A DNA stretch of 63,956 nt, counting the filler, from Octopus bimaculoides (Eukaryota): assembly GCF_001194135.2 (NCBI RefSeq). It is 6 parts of 5 records of this genome, joined end to end, with 100 filler letters (N's around TTAATTAATTAA, not from the genome) between each part and the next. Parts side by side here need not be neighbours in the genome. Positions count along the whole stretch, not along the records: positions 1 to 29,450 come from NC_068982.1; 5 more parts are not named here. One strand, written 5' to 3'. The position numbers were made by a program, and so were the translations under genes. Below, piece after piece: positions 14,509 to 27,807 of this stretch. Numbering within the stretch: position 1 is the first letter of the stretch; each line of letters begins with the position of its first letter. Under the pieces are notes generated by a model that did not search any database, was not told the origin of the DNA, and saw only the letters and a program-made list of their open reading frames with translations.

Positions 14509-15223
14509 TGACTCAGACGTTTCAGTGATGGATGGGGTCTCTACTGAATTTAATGGGCCACTCCTAGACACTACTCAAGGTTGGCACACCAGCTCAAAAT
14601 TCAGGGCATTGCTCGTCATCATCATCATCATCACCATCATTTAATGTCCGTTTTCCATGCTGGCATGGGTTGGATGGTTTGATGGGAGCTGATAAGGTTG
14701 GGGAACTGCACCAGGCTCCACCTGTCTATTTTGGCATGGTTTCTATGGTTGGATGCCCTTCCTAATGCCAACCACTTTACAGAGTGTGCAGAGTCCTTTC
14801 ACACAGCACCAGCATTGAGAAAGTCACCACACAACTTGCAAGAGAAAACTCCGTGGCGGGGGAGGATGTAGTANNNNNNNNNNNNNNNNNNNNNNNNNNN
14901 NNNNNNNNNNNNNNNNNNNNNNNNNNNNNNNNNNNNNNNNNNNNNNNNNNNNNNNNNNNNNNNNNNNNNNNNNNNNNNNNNNNNNNNNNNNNNNNNNNNN
15001 TAATGTTCATCCAAAGATCAATAGAATCAGTACCAGTGATATACTGGAATTGATTCCAAATCAATCAATAGTAAACCTCTATCCTACCTCTCTGCCACAC
15101 CCCTACCCCATCCATTCCACTGACACCATCAATTCAAGGATGTTAGCACAACAACAAGTTGGTAGAGAAGGTTGACAACCTTGCAGTTTGTCCTCTTGGA
15201 AGACACATGAACATCACAACTTC

Positions 15224-15266
<43 letters not shown>

Positions 15267-15891
15267 TACATACCTGTAGCCTAAAATGATAGTATTTATG
15301 CTGATGGAAAAGAAAATGGTATGTCAGTGTTTATGACCCCTCATCTCCTAACATACCCTACCTCCCTCCTTGGGTTTCATAGACTTGCAAGCTGCATGGT
15401 GACCTCACTAATGTTGGTGCCACATCAAAAGCATCCAGTCCATTTTGTGAAGTGGTTGGCATTAAGAACAACATCCAGCCACAAAAACTCTGCCAAAGCA
15501 TATGTAAGGCTTCAGTGTGGCTTGTCGGACTGTCCAGCTGATGCTGGACATGGAAAAGGGAAGTGATGATGGTATATTGTCTGAAATTTTGTGGTACTCA
15601 ATACAGATTCCATGCTCCTGGGTCATTTACTCAAAGAAATTACTGTTACTACTTCAAATAACATGACAAATACTAGTAAAAGGCCTGAACATCACAACAC
15701 CTCTATCACTGAAAGAGGCAGATGAGTGATTTCACAACCCAAGTAGTTGTGAAATCTCTCTGAGGAGTTGTTGCCATAGAAACCCATCAACAACATTACT
15801 TTAATGTCATAAAAAATTTCATTGCAAACAAAACCCTGGCATAAACAAGATAATTAATGAAAGGTTTGTTTTGTTTCTGTTTTTGTTTTAG

Positions 15892-15957
15892 ATTTGTCTG
15901 ACAGCGAAAAAGGAGACATTTGCAAAGACACAGAAGAAGAAACTGACCAAGATATTG
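15892..15957 (+). CDS. PDE3: PDE3 short acidic exon DLSDSEKGDICKDTEEETDQDI
   Basis: Long T tract + TAG acceptor, TTG|GTAAGG donor, 66 nt phase 1 to 1, acidic like the PDE3 post-catalytic acidic stretch. Confidence 0.8.
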
Positions 15958-17090
15958 GTAAGGCACCGCATCTTTTGGTTGTTCCTTTGTCTCCACACCC
16001 ACACCCTCATTTCCATTTCCCTTCTTTCTTCATTGTCATTTATATGAAGGACAGAGAGAGGTGGCCAAAGTGATTGGACTGGACATGGTACAGGAGATGT
16101 GCTGGGTGGGGGAGGGGGTTGAAAGGATTACAACAGGGGAAATATAAACAAGGGAAAACTTGGGAAGAATTGAAAAGAATAGGGTTTCACTTCACTCATA
16201 GGATTTGGAATTGAGAGGGATGAAAATATAGTCTGTTGCTGACACAATGTGGGAGTCTCTATACTGTTGTTTCATCTGCTAGAAATAGAAATTAAATGTC
16301 CTTCATGACACCTTATATTTTTTTTTAAAAACCAAGATAGGCCCTATTAGATAATGTAGTCTTTGATACACTATGTCTGAATGAAAGATGGAATGGCCAT
16401 AGTTGGACTGTGTTTAATTAGAGGTCATTTGGCTGATACTGACTTATCACAGACAGGCAGATGTGGTTGTCATGGATAGAGATAAGTGGTTCTGCTGGTT
16501 CAATCCTGGCCGTGTCAGTGTGGAAACCCTGATCCTGGGACAACAGGGCAGCAGAAGTATCAGTGAAATCTTCTTCAAGTCATACCCTATACTCATAAAC
16601 TAGGAAGGATATCTTGAATAAAATCGATATACCGAGTAACCTCAGTTGGGATAGCTTTGATCATGGAGCTGTGTACTCAAAGCTGACCTGGGGTTAAACG
16701 ACAACCAGACATGTCACTTAAGAACCATCTTGATTCTTGGAAATAATTTTCCACATGTTTCTGTTGTTGTTTTCTTCCTGAACTGACCAATTCCATTGTC
16801 CTTATACAGTGTTACAGCCACACTGATTAATGGTGACTGACCAACTAGATTAGCAGAGAAGTCAAATTTAAAGTGACTCACTGCTGTCCAGTTTGCTTAA
16901 GTTACAACCTTAGAATGGCAACTGGGGAAGAAATGGGTGTTATTGAAATGAAATCTGTGTATGGCTACCTCTGCCAACCTGGGAAATGGTGATGCTACTA
17001 GCATCACCAATTTTGGATGTCCGATGGTTTAACACGAGTTTAAGTAGTTCTGTCTGAGATATCAAGGGGGTTTCTCTCTTTCTCATATAC

Positions 17091-17640
17091 ATCATCATTG
17101 TTTAACGTCTGCTTTCCATGCTGGCATGGGTTGGACAGTTTGACTGAGGACTGGTGAGCCAGATGGCTACACCAGGCTCCAATCTGATCTGGCAGAGTTT
17201 CTACAGCTGGATGCCCTTCCTAACGCCAACTACTCCGAAAGTGTAGTGGGTGCTTTTATGTGCCACCGGCACAAGGGCTAGTCAGGTGGTACTGGCATCA
17301 GCCATGCTCAAATGGTGCTTTTTACATGCCAGCAGCACTGGCAACGACCACGCTTGAATGGTGCTCTTTTATGTGCCACTGGCACAGGAGCCAGTCAGTG
17401 GCCCGAGCAATGATCACGCTTGAATGATGCTTCTAACGTTCCACTGGCACAGGTGCCAATCGGGTGGTACTGTCATCAGCCACAATACCAATTCCATTTG
17501 CCTCAACAGGTCTTTGCGAGCATAGTTTATTGTCGAATGATTGAATCTTTGTAATAGTTGTTCAGCTCCAGGCCAGTCATGTGACTTGAAACATGCCATG
17601 TAAGAGTCCACATCTACCAGGCTGCAGTCTGTAAGGTCAG
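17091..17640 (-). mobile_element. (GAT)n-tailed retroposon (RTE 3'-UTR family C)
   Basis: CATCATTGTTTAACGTCTGCTTTCCATGCTGGCATGGGTTGG...GGATGCCCTTCCTAACGCC shared with copies at 19040, 29551, 30078 and 39330. Confidence 0.7.
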
Positions 17641-17753
17641 TGGTATCAACCTCCAGACCAGATGTGCTGCTCTTCTCAAAGTGGTTTATTAAAAAGAGCC
17701 TAGATTTATAACTACGTTTCATATTGTTTTTACATTTCTCTCTCTCTTATCAG

Positions 17754-17902
17754 GGGGTGTGGCTTCTTCCAAGAAAACAAAAACCAGGAAAGTTAACTGC
17801 ATTCTTACAAAGAACATGAAAGAGAATCATGAAATGTGGGTTACCAAAATAAAGGAAGAGGAAATCCTCAACAAAATGCGAACTGCTGAAGAGGAAGAAG
17901 AA
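17754..17902 (+). CDS. PDE3: PDE3 exon GGVASSKKTKTRKVNCILTKNMKENHEMWVTKIKEEEILNKMRTAEEEEE
   Basis: tatcag acceptor, GAA|GTGAGT donor, phase 1 to 0; C.(I/L)T..(L/M).(Q/E)NH.MW...I.EE resembles the last PDE3 catalytic helix. Confidence 0.9.
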
Positions 17903-18149
17903 GTGAGTTAATTCTTTATTTTTCCATTTCACCCCCCTCCCCTCTCTCATCTTCTTTCAATATACAAAGACTTTTGTGGTATTTCGTCTGCTGTTACGTT
18001 CTGAGTTCAAATTCCGCCGAGGTCGACTTTGCCTTTCATCCTTTCGGGGGTCGATAAATTGAGTACCAGTTGCATACTGGGGTCAATCTAACTGACTGGC
18101 CCCCCTCCCACCAAATTTCAGGCCTTGTGCCTATAATAGAAAGGATTAT

Positions 18150-18991
18150 TTTTATTATCATTGCTTTTGCATAGCTTCTATCACTGGAGATGTACTACAG
18201 TGTCAGCTGTTCACTACCAGTGAACTAAGGTAACACCTTATTTTTCTAGCACCATCCGGAGTATTCGAGCGGTTCCAAGCAGTGCTGTTTTCTTATTGCA
18301 GCCCCTATTTGTTCCATGTACTTCTCAAGATTTTTACTCACTGTTCCCAGGGCTCTGGCAATTATTGATACTACTACTATCTTTTTCAGTGACCACAACT
18401 GCTTAACTTCCCAAGCTAACCTGTCATATCTATCGACTTTTCTTTCTTCCTTATCGCACACCTTGTTGCCAGCTGGGCATGCTATCTCTATGATCCAGCA
18501 CTATTTGCTTTCTTTCTTAATTAAGACTATGTCTGGCTTCCTATTCTTTATCTCATGGTCGCACTGAATCATAAAATCTCATAGGACCTTTGCATTTCTA
18601 TTTTCGATGATGCCTTTTTCGCTCTGTCAAGTCCATACTTGTTGCAGAGTGTCCAATGGACAATCCTTGCTATATTGTCGTAGCGTCTCTTATGTTCCTT
18701 CTGGGCTAGTGGCGTACATTGGCTGGTAATATGCCATACGGTTTCACCGTTTTGTCCACAGATTCTGCACTTATCACTTTCTTCTCTGTTGTTTATTCTG
18801 TATTTGATGTAATTCGTTCTTAGATTAGAGTCTCCATTTCCGGTTTTAAATCACGTTTAGTTATCCACAGCCATCTTTTTTCTCTGTTTTATCTTCAACT
18901 TCCCTATGAAATTGTCCATGCATTCTTTACTTTATCCACCTATTTTCAGTTTCATTCATTCTTAAGTGCTTGTACAATGCTTTATCTTTGC
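18150..18991 (-). mobile_element. 5'-truncated R4/Dong-clade non-LTR retrotransposon remnant
   Basis: Minus strand encodes CRICGQNGETVWHITSQC (CCHC knuckle) and KVDRYDRLAWEVKQLW...ALGTV (restriction-like endonuclease C-terminus); flanked by a TAA repeat. Confidence 0.8.
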
Positions 18992-19023
<32 letters not shown>

Positions 19024-19631
19024 ATCAAAGTCATTATTCATCATCATCATCATCATTGGTTAACATCCGTTTTCCATGCTGGCATGGGTTGGACTAGGGT
19101 CTGGGAAGTCAGGAGGCTGCACCAGGCTCCAGTCTGATCTGGCAGTGTTTCTATAGCTGGATGCCCTTCCTAACGCTGACCACCCTGAGAGTGTAATGGG
19201 TGCTTTTTACATGCCGCCGGCACAGGGAGCCAGTCAGCCACAACTACAATTTCCATTTGATTGTGGTTTGATTTGATGTTGATGTATTTGACTCAATTGG
19301 TCTCCTCAAGCATAGAATGTCATCCTACGATCCAAAGGTACGTTTTTGACTGGGCTGGTTAAGCGACACTGGTGTAGGTTACAGCTGTGAACTCACTTTA
19401 TTTGCCGAGTCTTCTCAGTCACAGCATACCTCCAAAGGTCTCGGTCAGTAGTCATTGCCTCTGTGAGGCCAACGTTCGAAGGTCATGCTTCACCACCTCA
19501 TCCTTCCTGGGTCTCCCTATCATTATTATTATTATTATTATTATTAATGAAATGCTGAAGTTAAAAATGTTGGTAAGTTTTTTTGGATCTTTTTTCTTTT
19601 GTCTGTACTTGTTTATCTTTTCTATTTCCAG

Positions 19632-19946
19632 TTGGAAGCTGACAGTTTAGACTGCACAGAATTAAAAACTGAGATGGAAGCCATTAAAGAAGAGAGTGAA
19701 AGCTGCAGTACACCGCCAGTAACGTCATCGTCGTCCTCATCGTCATCATCCTCATCGTCGTCTTCGTCTACATCATCTACGTTGTCATCCATTTCTGTCA
19801 CCACCCCCCATTCACAGTCATCACCATCCCCTCACACGGCTACCAGCACCACAGCTTCATTGGCATCGCCACCCCTGTCTCTGCAGCAAACACAACAACC
19901 AGCGCCATCACCAACACCACCACCACACCAATCTCCAAAGACTTAA
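19632..19946 (+). CDS. PDE3: PDE3 terminal coding exon LEADSLDCTELKTEMEAIKEESES...poly-Ser...PPPHQSPKT*
   Basis: tttccag acceptor, phase 0, open to TAA at 19944-19946; AIKEE motif recalls the vertebrate PDE3A C-terminus. Confidence 0.8.
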   Translation: MEADSLDCTELKTEMEAIKEESESCSTPPVTSSSSSSSSSSSSSSSTSSTLSSISVTTPHSQSSPSPHTATSTTASLASPPLSLQQTQQPAPSPTPPPHQSPKT

Positions 19947-20037
19947 ATTTATGGATGTTCAAAGAAACAACTGAAAAAATATAAATATATATATTAAAAA
20001 AAAAATGGAAATCGACTGTCTTCATTTCTGAAGACAA

Positions 20038-20089
<52 letters not shown>

Positions 20090-20730
20090 TAATAATAATA
20101 ATTTTAATTATTATTACAATTATTATTATTATTACTAATTATTGTTATCATTATTATTATTATTATTATTGTTAAGATGAAATTAAGACTAGACTATAAT
20201 AGTGTAAAGATTGGGAAAGAGAGAGAGAGAGAGAGAAAGGAGTGAGAGAGTGTAAAATATTGGGTGTGTAACAGAGGAGGATTGGGAGAGAGAGTGGAAC
20301 GAGTGGAAATGACTCGTTAGTAAAAGAAATGAGAGGAAGGTATAGTGATGATGATGATGATGGTTTGTACAAAACTTTGAAACAAAATAAAGGGGAAAAA
20401 GATTACCAAAAAAAAAATAGAAAAATATTTTTAAAAAGTGAATCATTGAAATGAGAAGGGAAATCATGATAATAGTGATGATGATGATTAAAGACGTACC
20501 AATCATGTGAACAATCATAATAACAGTGATGATGATGATGATGGTGATAAGAGAACACATTATCAATTGTACCCAAGTGATCAATGATTAATCTGGACCT
20601 CCTTTAGTCATTTTTGTGGTGTATTGGTTTTTAAGTAAAATATCTCTTCTCGTGACTAAAACGACATGTACGCTGTCTTCAAACGAACACAGACAACATA
20701 TGCATATACATGTATACACACACACACACG

Positions 20731-20765
<35 letters not shown>

Positions 20766-20770
20766 ACATA

Positions 20771-21045
20771 CATGTACTAATATCGAACAGTGAAAATGAG
20801 TGCTCAACACCACATTGGTGGATAAATATTGCTTATCTGTGGGTTAACAAAGCAACCAATGGTTTCATACAAAGAGATCTTCACAATTGTTCAAGTATGC
20901 CACATGGAAGTGTTGATACTCATCTTATTTTGGATGAGAATCCAAAATGGAGACGAGTGCCTACATATTCCCATGTGGCATGCTTGAACAATTGTGAAAA
21001 ATCTCTTCACATGAACTAGCCTTGTTCACCCACAAATAAAGTATG
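20771..21045 (+). repeat. Fold-back element copy 1 (~65-bp leader plus ~205-nt imperfect hairpin, 20834-21038)
   Basis: Arms TATCTGTGGG...TTTTGGAT and ATCCAAAA...CCCACAAATA are reverse complements around a GAGA loop; homologous to 23531-23800. Confidence 0.75.
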
Positions 21046-21359
21046 TACATGAACACACACACACGCCCATATATAAATGGTTTTTGTTTATTTTTGTGAT
21101 CCACAAACCTAAATGTACTCAATACAAGTTTATAAGGTATAAATGTAAATTTATTTATACGTAAAGGAGACAATAACTATATTACTGTACAAACAGTTTT
21201 GTGCAGTCAATGGTTTGATCCACTCTACACATCAGTAGAGTCTATGTATGAGTGAGTGTTGTGATTGTGCACACGAGAACAGCATCAGATGACTCAGAGG
21301 CTGAATGAACGAAACTAGTTAATGGTTTGGTCAGTAACACAATCATTGTTTAAAATACG

Positions 21360-21397
<38 letters not shown>

Positions 21398-21550
21398 CGC
21401 ATACATATATATATATATATATATATATACGCATACATATATATATACGCATATATATATATATATACGCATACATATATATATATTATATATACGCATA
21501 CATATATATATATATACGCATACATATATATATATATACGCATACATATA

Positions 21551-21581
<31 letters not shown>

Positions 21582-21982
21582 GCATACATATATATATATA
21601 TACATATATATATATGCATACATATATATATATACGCATACATATATATATATATATGCATACATATATATATATATATNNNNNNNNNNNNNNNNNNNNN
21701 NNNNNNNNNNNNNNNNNNNNNNNNNNNNNNNNNNNNNNNNNNNNNNNNNNNNNNNNNNNNNNNNNNNNNNNNNNNNNNNNNNNNNNNNNNNNNNNNNNNN
21801 NNNNNNNNNNNNNNNNNNNNNNNNNNNNNNNNNNNNNNNNNNNNNNNNNNNNNNNNNNNNNNNNNNNNNNNNNTTATATATACGCATACATATATATATA
21901 TATACGCATACATATATATATATATACGCATACATATATATATATATATACACATACATATATATATATACGCATATATACA
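21360..21982. repeat. Compound (TA)n microsatellite with recurring CGCATACA interruptions, spanning an N gap
   Basis: Directly visible. Confidence 0.9.
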
Positions 21983-23530
21983 CAGTCCAAACAGGTATGG
22001 TATGATTGATCTCTCGACTGGTAAATCCCAACTTCATATTGACTGGAGGCATAGAGTCATGTCTGTGAGAAGATCTGTGTAACCCCCCCCCTCTCCTCCC
22101 CCCACATCACTTCACTTCAATAGTATTATTAATTAGCAGAGACTTCCCAGTGAGACTAGCTTCTTGGCCAGAAACAAAGATTCACTTCTCATTTACAGAA
22201 TACCATGAAATTGGAGCTTGGCACCCACCATGGTGTATATACAAAAAGATACAAGTGTTTGTGCGTGTGTAAGTGTGTATATTTACACAATCCACCCTTT
22301 ACATGTTCCTACCCGTTTCAATTCTCCTCCATCTTAAATTGGGGTAAAGCGGTTCCTTTTTTAAATTAACATGACAGGAGTCAAGTATAATCAGGTTGGT
22401 TTGTTCGTTTTGTCTTCTTACAATTTATTTCAATTACTAATTTTATTTTTAATTATTTTCCTGGCATCTGACATCGTTTCTGACTAAAGTTTTTTAGTTT
22501 TTTTTTAAATCATTTTTTTCTTTTAATCTTTCTTATTCTAGAACTTTTATTTTTTTATTTATTAATTCTATTTATTCTCTGTGTAACCTAGCTTCGAAAT
22601 GTGTATGTAACTGGTACGCATACATTCAGGTATTTGAATGTGTGTATGTGTGTGTAATGTAAACATATATGTATATGTGTATTTATGTTTATGTATATAT
22701 ATATATGTATGTGTGTGTCTGCAGCAACAACAACATTGGGAAAAAAGACCCCAAGAAACCCCTGTTGTTGGCATTGTGTGATTAGTTGTGGCAACAAATG
22801 GAATCCCCCACACACACCTACCCACACCTCGTTACCACCAGACCCATTCATTAATCAGTAAAGACCACAATGAAAGGAGGGAGGGAGGTGAGATTGTTAT
22901 TTGTATATAATGATCATACATTTTGATTAATTAGGCAAAAAAATTCTAAACTAGATTTCCACACCTGATCAGGTGTCTTATATTTTTCTCTTCATTGGTT
23001 TTTTTCTTCTTTCTTTCTGTCAGTTAATTCTTCATATTCTGTCTACAAGATTCTTAGAGACATCTTACCAAAATATTCCCAGTTTTCTCATCTTTTAACC
23101 AAGAAATGATTAATAACCTATTTTTAACTGTGTTAATAAATTATTCCTATTTTTTAAATCTTTTTTTTTTATCATTATTATTATTTCTGCTTATGTAGAA
23201 CTTTGAACATATCAACAAGTTATAGCTGTCTTTTGTTTAATTTTTTAGAAATTATTATTATTATTATTAATAATAATAAAAGAGACTTTTTTTTATTGTG
23301 TAAAGATTTTTGAAATACTGTTAATCTTAACGGATAATACATACATGTATGGATCTCAAAACATCTGATGATCCAGCATCCGTTTGCAACATGTTCTGCA
23401 GAAGATGCAAATTACCACAACAATGAAACATACAAAGGGAATAAATGATATAAATGTGTGTTTATCATAATTTCTCGTGTGTGTATATATATATGTACAA
23501 ATATATATATATACACATATATATATAAAA

Positions 23531-23800
23531 CATGTTAATATTGAACAATGGCAACGAGTGCTCAACACTGCATTGGTGGATAAATATTATTTATTTGTGG
23601 GTTGCAAGGCAATTGAGGATTTCATGTAAAGAAGAATTTATTAACAGTTATGAAGCCTACCATGTGAGAATGTTGGCACTTGTCTCCATTTTAGATGGAG
23701 ATGGATACCAACATTGCCATGTGGCAGGCTTTATAATTCTTAAGAGATTCCTTTTTATATATGAAACCATTGGTAGCCTTGTTAACCCACAAATAAAGTG
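23531..23800 (+). repeat. Fold-back element copy 2 (hairpin ~23590-23797)
   Basis: Same leader (GAGTGCTCAACAC..CATTGGTGGATAAATATT); centre TCTCCAT-tttag-ATGGAGA; outer arms TTTATTTGTGGG/CCCACAAATAAA. Confidence 0.7.
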
Positions 23801-24882
23801 TGTGTGTGTGTATCTCTTAGACATTATAACTGCTCATAATTTCATAATTTCAGACAGAAAAGAGAAACAAGCAAACCAGTGAAACCCTAAGATGCCAAAT
23901 TTCTCTCCTATTTCAATGTTTTTTCTAACTATCCTGGTTGTGTGTCACTGCATTACTATCTGGTCAGCCTCAGGTGTTGGACATGATCTACTGTGGCTCA
24001 ATTGGAAGAAAGGATTCTATAAAATGACCAGCATTGATGAGAGTGTCCATGTTGTGCTTTCAATTCTGAAGACTTGTAACAATGGTAGAATCTCTAGGAA
24101 AAAGTATTTGGTAGGTGAGACAAATGGTTGTGTCGTTATTATTATTATTAATAATAATAGTAATAATTGCTTCTGATTTAGACACAAGGCCAGGAGTTTA
24201 AATGAGGGCAAAGGGTCAGTGAATACTATCAACCCTAGTATTTGACTGGTATTTTATTGACCCCCAAAAGTATGGATGGCAAAATTGACCTTTGCATAAT
24301 TTGCACCCAAAACAAAGATTTGGAAGAAATGCTGCGAAGCATTTTGTCCAATGTGTAAATGATTTTGCCAGATCACCAGCTTAATGATGATGATGATGAT
24401 AATAATAATAATAAATGTTCTGATGCAGTACCAGGTCGTGGTTCTAATGGCTTCTGATCTTAACTGATTGGAAGTGTTATCATGATGTACATTGTTTTGT
24501 CTTGATATAAAAAAAATGGCCTACAGCAAAATACCACAGATTTGCTTGTCAGTTGTTTGACCTTAACCAGTTGAGCATGTCCCTTGGTGGCTGATGATAT
24601 GTGCATCTCTGATCATGAGCAGAAGTGGTGGAGGAGCATCATAGCCATGTTTTGAGAGGAATTCTTTGGGGTTTGAATAATTCACCTTTGGAAACATGGG
24701 TGTTTTATTCAACATCCTTAACCCTTATTCAGGGATGGGCTACTCAACCTGAAAAAAATTCTACAAGGTCATGCGTTGTTAATCTTGATATAAGACCACC
24801 ATGTCACGCACATATGGTTGTGGTGCATGTGCCTGGTGTACTCCAGCATTACTTTTAATGGCACGTACTGCTCTCTCATTCA

Positions 24883-24914
<32 letters not shown>

Positions 24915-25953
24915 CAAAGGATCAAAGAAATAGTTGTAAGTCATCATCATCATCATCATCGTTTAACGTCCGCTTTCCATGCTAGCATGGGTTGGACGAA
25001 TTATTTGATAAAAATGTGTCATTTGGAGTAAGGGCCCCCTTGTTATCTAACAGTAATCTATAAAGTATTAAGAGATTATATGTTACCTTTTTAAACGCTG
25101 CTCCCTGGTTTTATATGACACAAGGGAGAGAACCTGTGCTTCCCAACTTTTTCCATGCCCACCCCTACAAAACTAATATTACAGTTCAAAATAAAAAAAA
25201 ACAGCTCTGGTTTTTTTTTGGTTTTTAGTTCATTTACTACAGCAACATGGAATAATAACAGTAATAATAATAATAATTCTTTCTACCATAGGTACAAAGT
25301 ATAGAATTTGGGGGAAGGGGCTTGCCAATTATGTTGACCCTAGTGTTAGACTGGTACTTATTGACTTCAAAAGGTTAAAAGGGAAAAGTTGACCTCAACA
25401 GAATTTGAACTCAGAATGTTAAGATCCAGAAGAAATGCTGTCAACTCACTACCTTTAATAAGAATAAGAATAATCCTTTCTAGGAGGGGTCTAGTTGATT
25501 ACACTGACCCTAGTGCTCAACTGGTCCTTATTTTTATTGACCCCTTTAAGAAAGAAAGGCAAACTCAACTTCAACAGAATTTGAACTCAGAATGTTAAGA
25601 CAGACAAAATGCTTTACAACATTCTCTCCAGCAATGCTAACAACTCTGCCAGCTCACAGCCATCATCATCATCATAATAATAATAATAATAACTCAAATG
25701 TGGAATCTAAAAACAGAAACAATTCCTATCATAGTAGGTGCCTTAGGTATAATAAAAAAAATATTCAGACAAATACATAACAAAAACACCAGGACTTACA
25801 AATATATATAACATACAGAAAATTGCACACATCCTACGCAAAACACTTTCAATACAGTAAACATAAGAGCACCACAGCAAACAGAGCTGCGCTCGGTAGT
25901 GAAGTGAAAGCACGTTATAAAAATAAAACTACTGAACAACAACAATAATAATA

Positions 25954-26003
<50 letters not shown>

Positions 26004-27745
26004 AAAATTCTTTGTATGTTTTTATAGAACAGAGTTAATTTTAAGCATAAGTTAAATCATTTTATTCTGCGAAATGATTTTAATAAAATCTATCCTTTCC
26101 TTCTTGAAATACCATTTTGTATTCCACCTGGCATCGGACATCCCAGATTATGAAGGAACTCTTGCTCTCCACATGAAACAGAGGAGAGGTTATTAAGGCC
26201 ATAATTAAAGATATTCAACCCTAAACTGATCTTTTAATGACTTAAACAATTTAACATTAAAATAATCCACAAAAACGTGTGAAGAATCCGGCTTCAGATT
26301 TCCTACTTCTGCTGGTCTTCAGGGACATTTCACCTGATGTAAACACTGGCTAAGTCTCTCCTAAATCTCAGATTTAAAAACCATAATCTGTAATTTAGTT
26401 AATGAAATAGTGATGAAAGAAAGACTAATTAAACATTCTACATGCATACAGTTATTAACAAAGGAAATTAGAATTAGCTGAAAGATTTATTTTGTAGCTC
26501 TACTTACCTCAGTATACCTGACTGACAACAGGTTCCACCTATATCACAACTGAGAGATTAATAGTTGGAAGAGTATCCAATTATAACCAAGTAATTAGTC
26601 CAACAGAAATTATTCCCTCAGTGAGGGAATTATCAAATTAAAACAATTGAAAACCCCAAATGAAGAAAACTGATTGTGAATTCTGTAAAACTGTATCACA
26701 CATCTGCAATAATGGAGTTTGAGCAGAGAAGCAGAACTGTTTAATTTTGGGAAATAATGGAAAAAACAACTTTGAATGACAGAAGGTAGGAGTTTTCCCA
26801 TCTGTCTTGGATGTAAAAAGAAAATCATTCTCTTGTTAATAAGAAATGGTAAATCTTACATCACAGTGTGATTTGTTGACATCGATGTTGCTAGCCCTGG
26901 TTGGGGAATTACATCAATGTCAATTCTGAAGGAACAGAAGCGACTTTAGCTTCATGTTGTTCTTTCTTTTTTTTTTTAATTTGAGGTTTTCATGAAACAG
27001 CCTTTCATTTGGATTTTAATCAATCTCACTGTTTTCCTCAAAGATGAATCATGTGGGGAAGAAAGTGGGAAATGAAAATTTCTTTCAATTTGTGCAAAGT
27101 AAAATCTAAAGAGGGGCTGTTTATTAAAACTGATTCCCTTATTTCCAAATTAACCATCATCTTAAGAGATAACAGCCAAGTTTTCCCTTAAGGTGATGGT
27201 TAACACAGAAATAGTATTTCAAATGTTGTTTCTTTCTTTACTTTGTCGATGTTAAAACAGTTTGGTTTTTTTTATGTGACATTAATGGAGATTCTATCAG
27301 TTTTGATTTTGTTTGGGTCATTTCTTGTAGCAGGGGGCGGGGGTCAAGAGTCTTTTGCTGTTGTAGCCTGAAGAGGAGGAATCATTGCTCTTCACCTTTT
27401 TTTCTCACCTCAAATATTTTTTTAAAGACAGAACAGCTGTATTGGGGGGTTGGGGGAGTCACTAATGCAGTAAATAATAAGGGTCAGCAAGGAACTTGGT
27501 GGTGGTGGTCATTTGTCTAGTGATAACCATTGGCCAGGAGAGGTTCTGGGAAAATGAGTTTAAGACAGATAAAAAAGGATAAGACATTTCACTAGAAATT
27601 ATGATCTTGAAGAAAGAATATATCTTTATGTTTCAATATAAATTTGGGTTTGGTTCATTGAATTTAGTGGACAGACACTACACAATAACCTTTCTGCTAC
27701 ACACACACACACATATTTGTGTGTGTGTATTTTTTTATATATAAC

Positions 27746-27807
<62 letters not shown>

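Noticed and set aside
23892-24176. 94-aa ORF with a hydrophobic, signal-peptide-like N-terminus and basic pairs
   Set aside because: No recognisable family, runs into an (ATT/AAT)n repeat, and no supporting exons; ORFs of this length arise by chance
26612-26630. 9-bp perfect palindrome ATTCCCTCA-G-TGAGGGAAT
   Set aside because: Short and single; no context supporting a function
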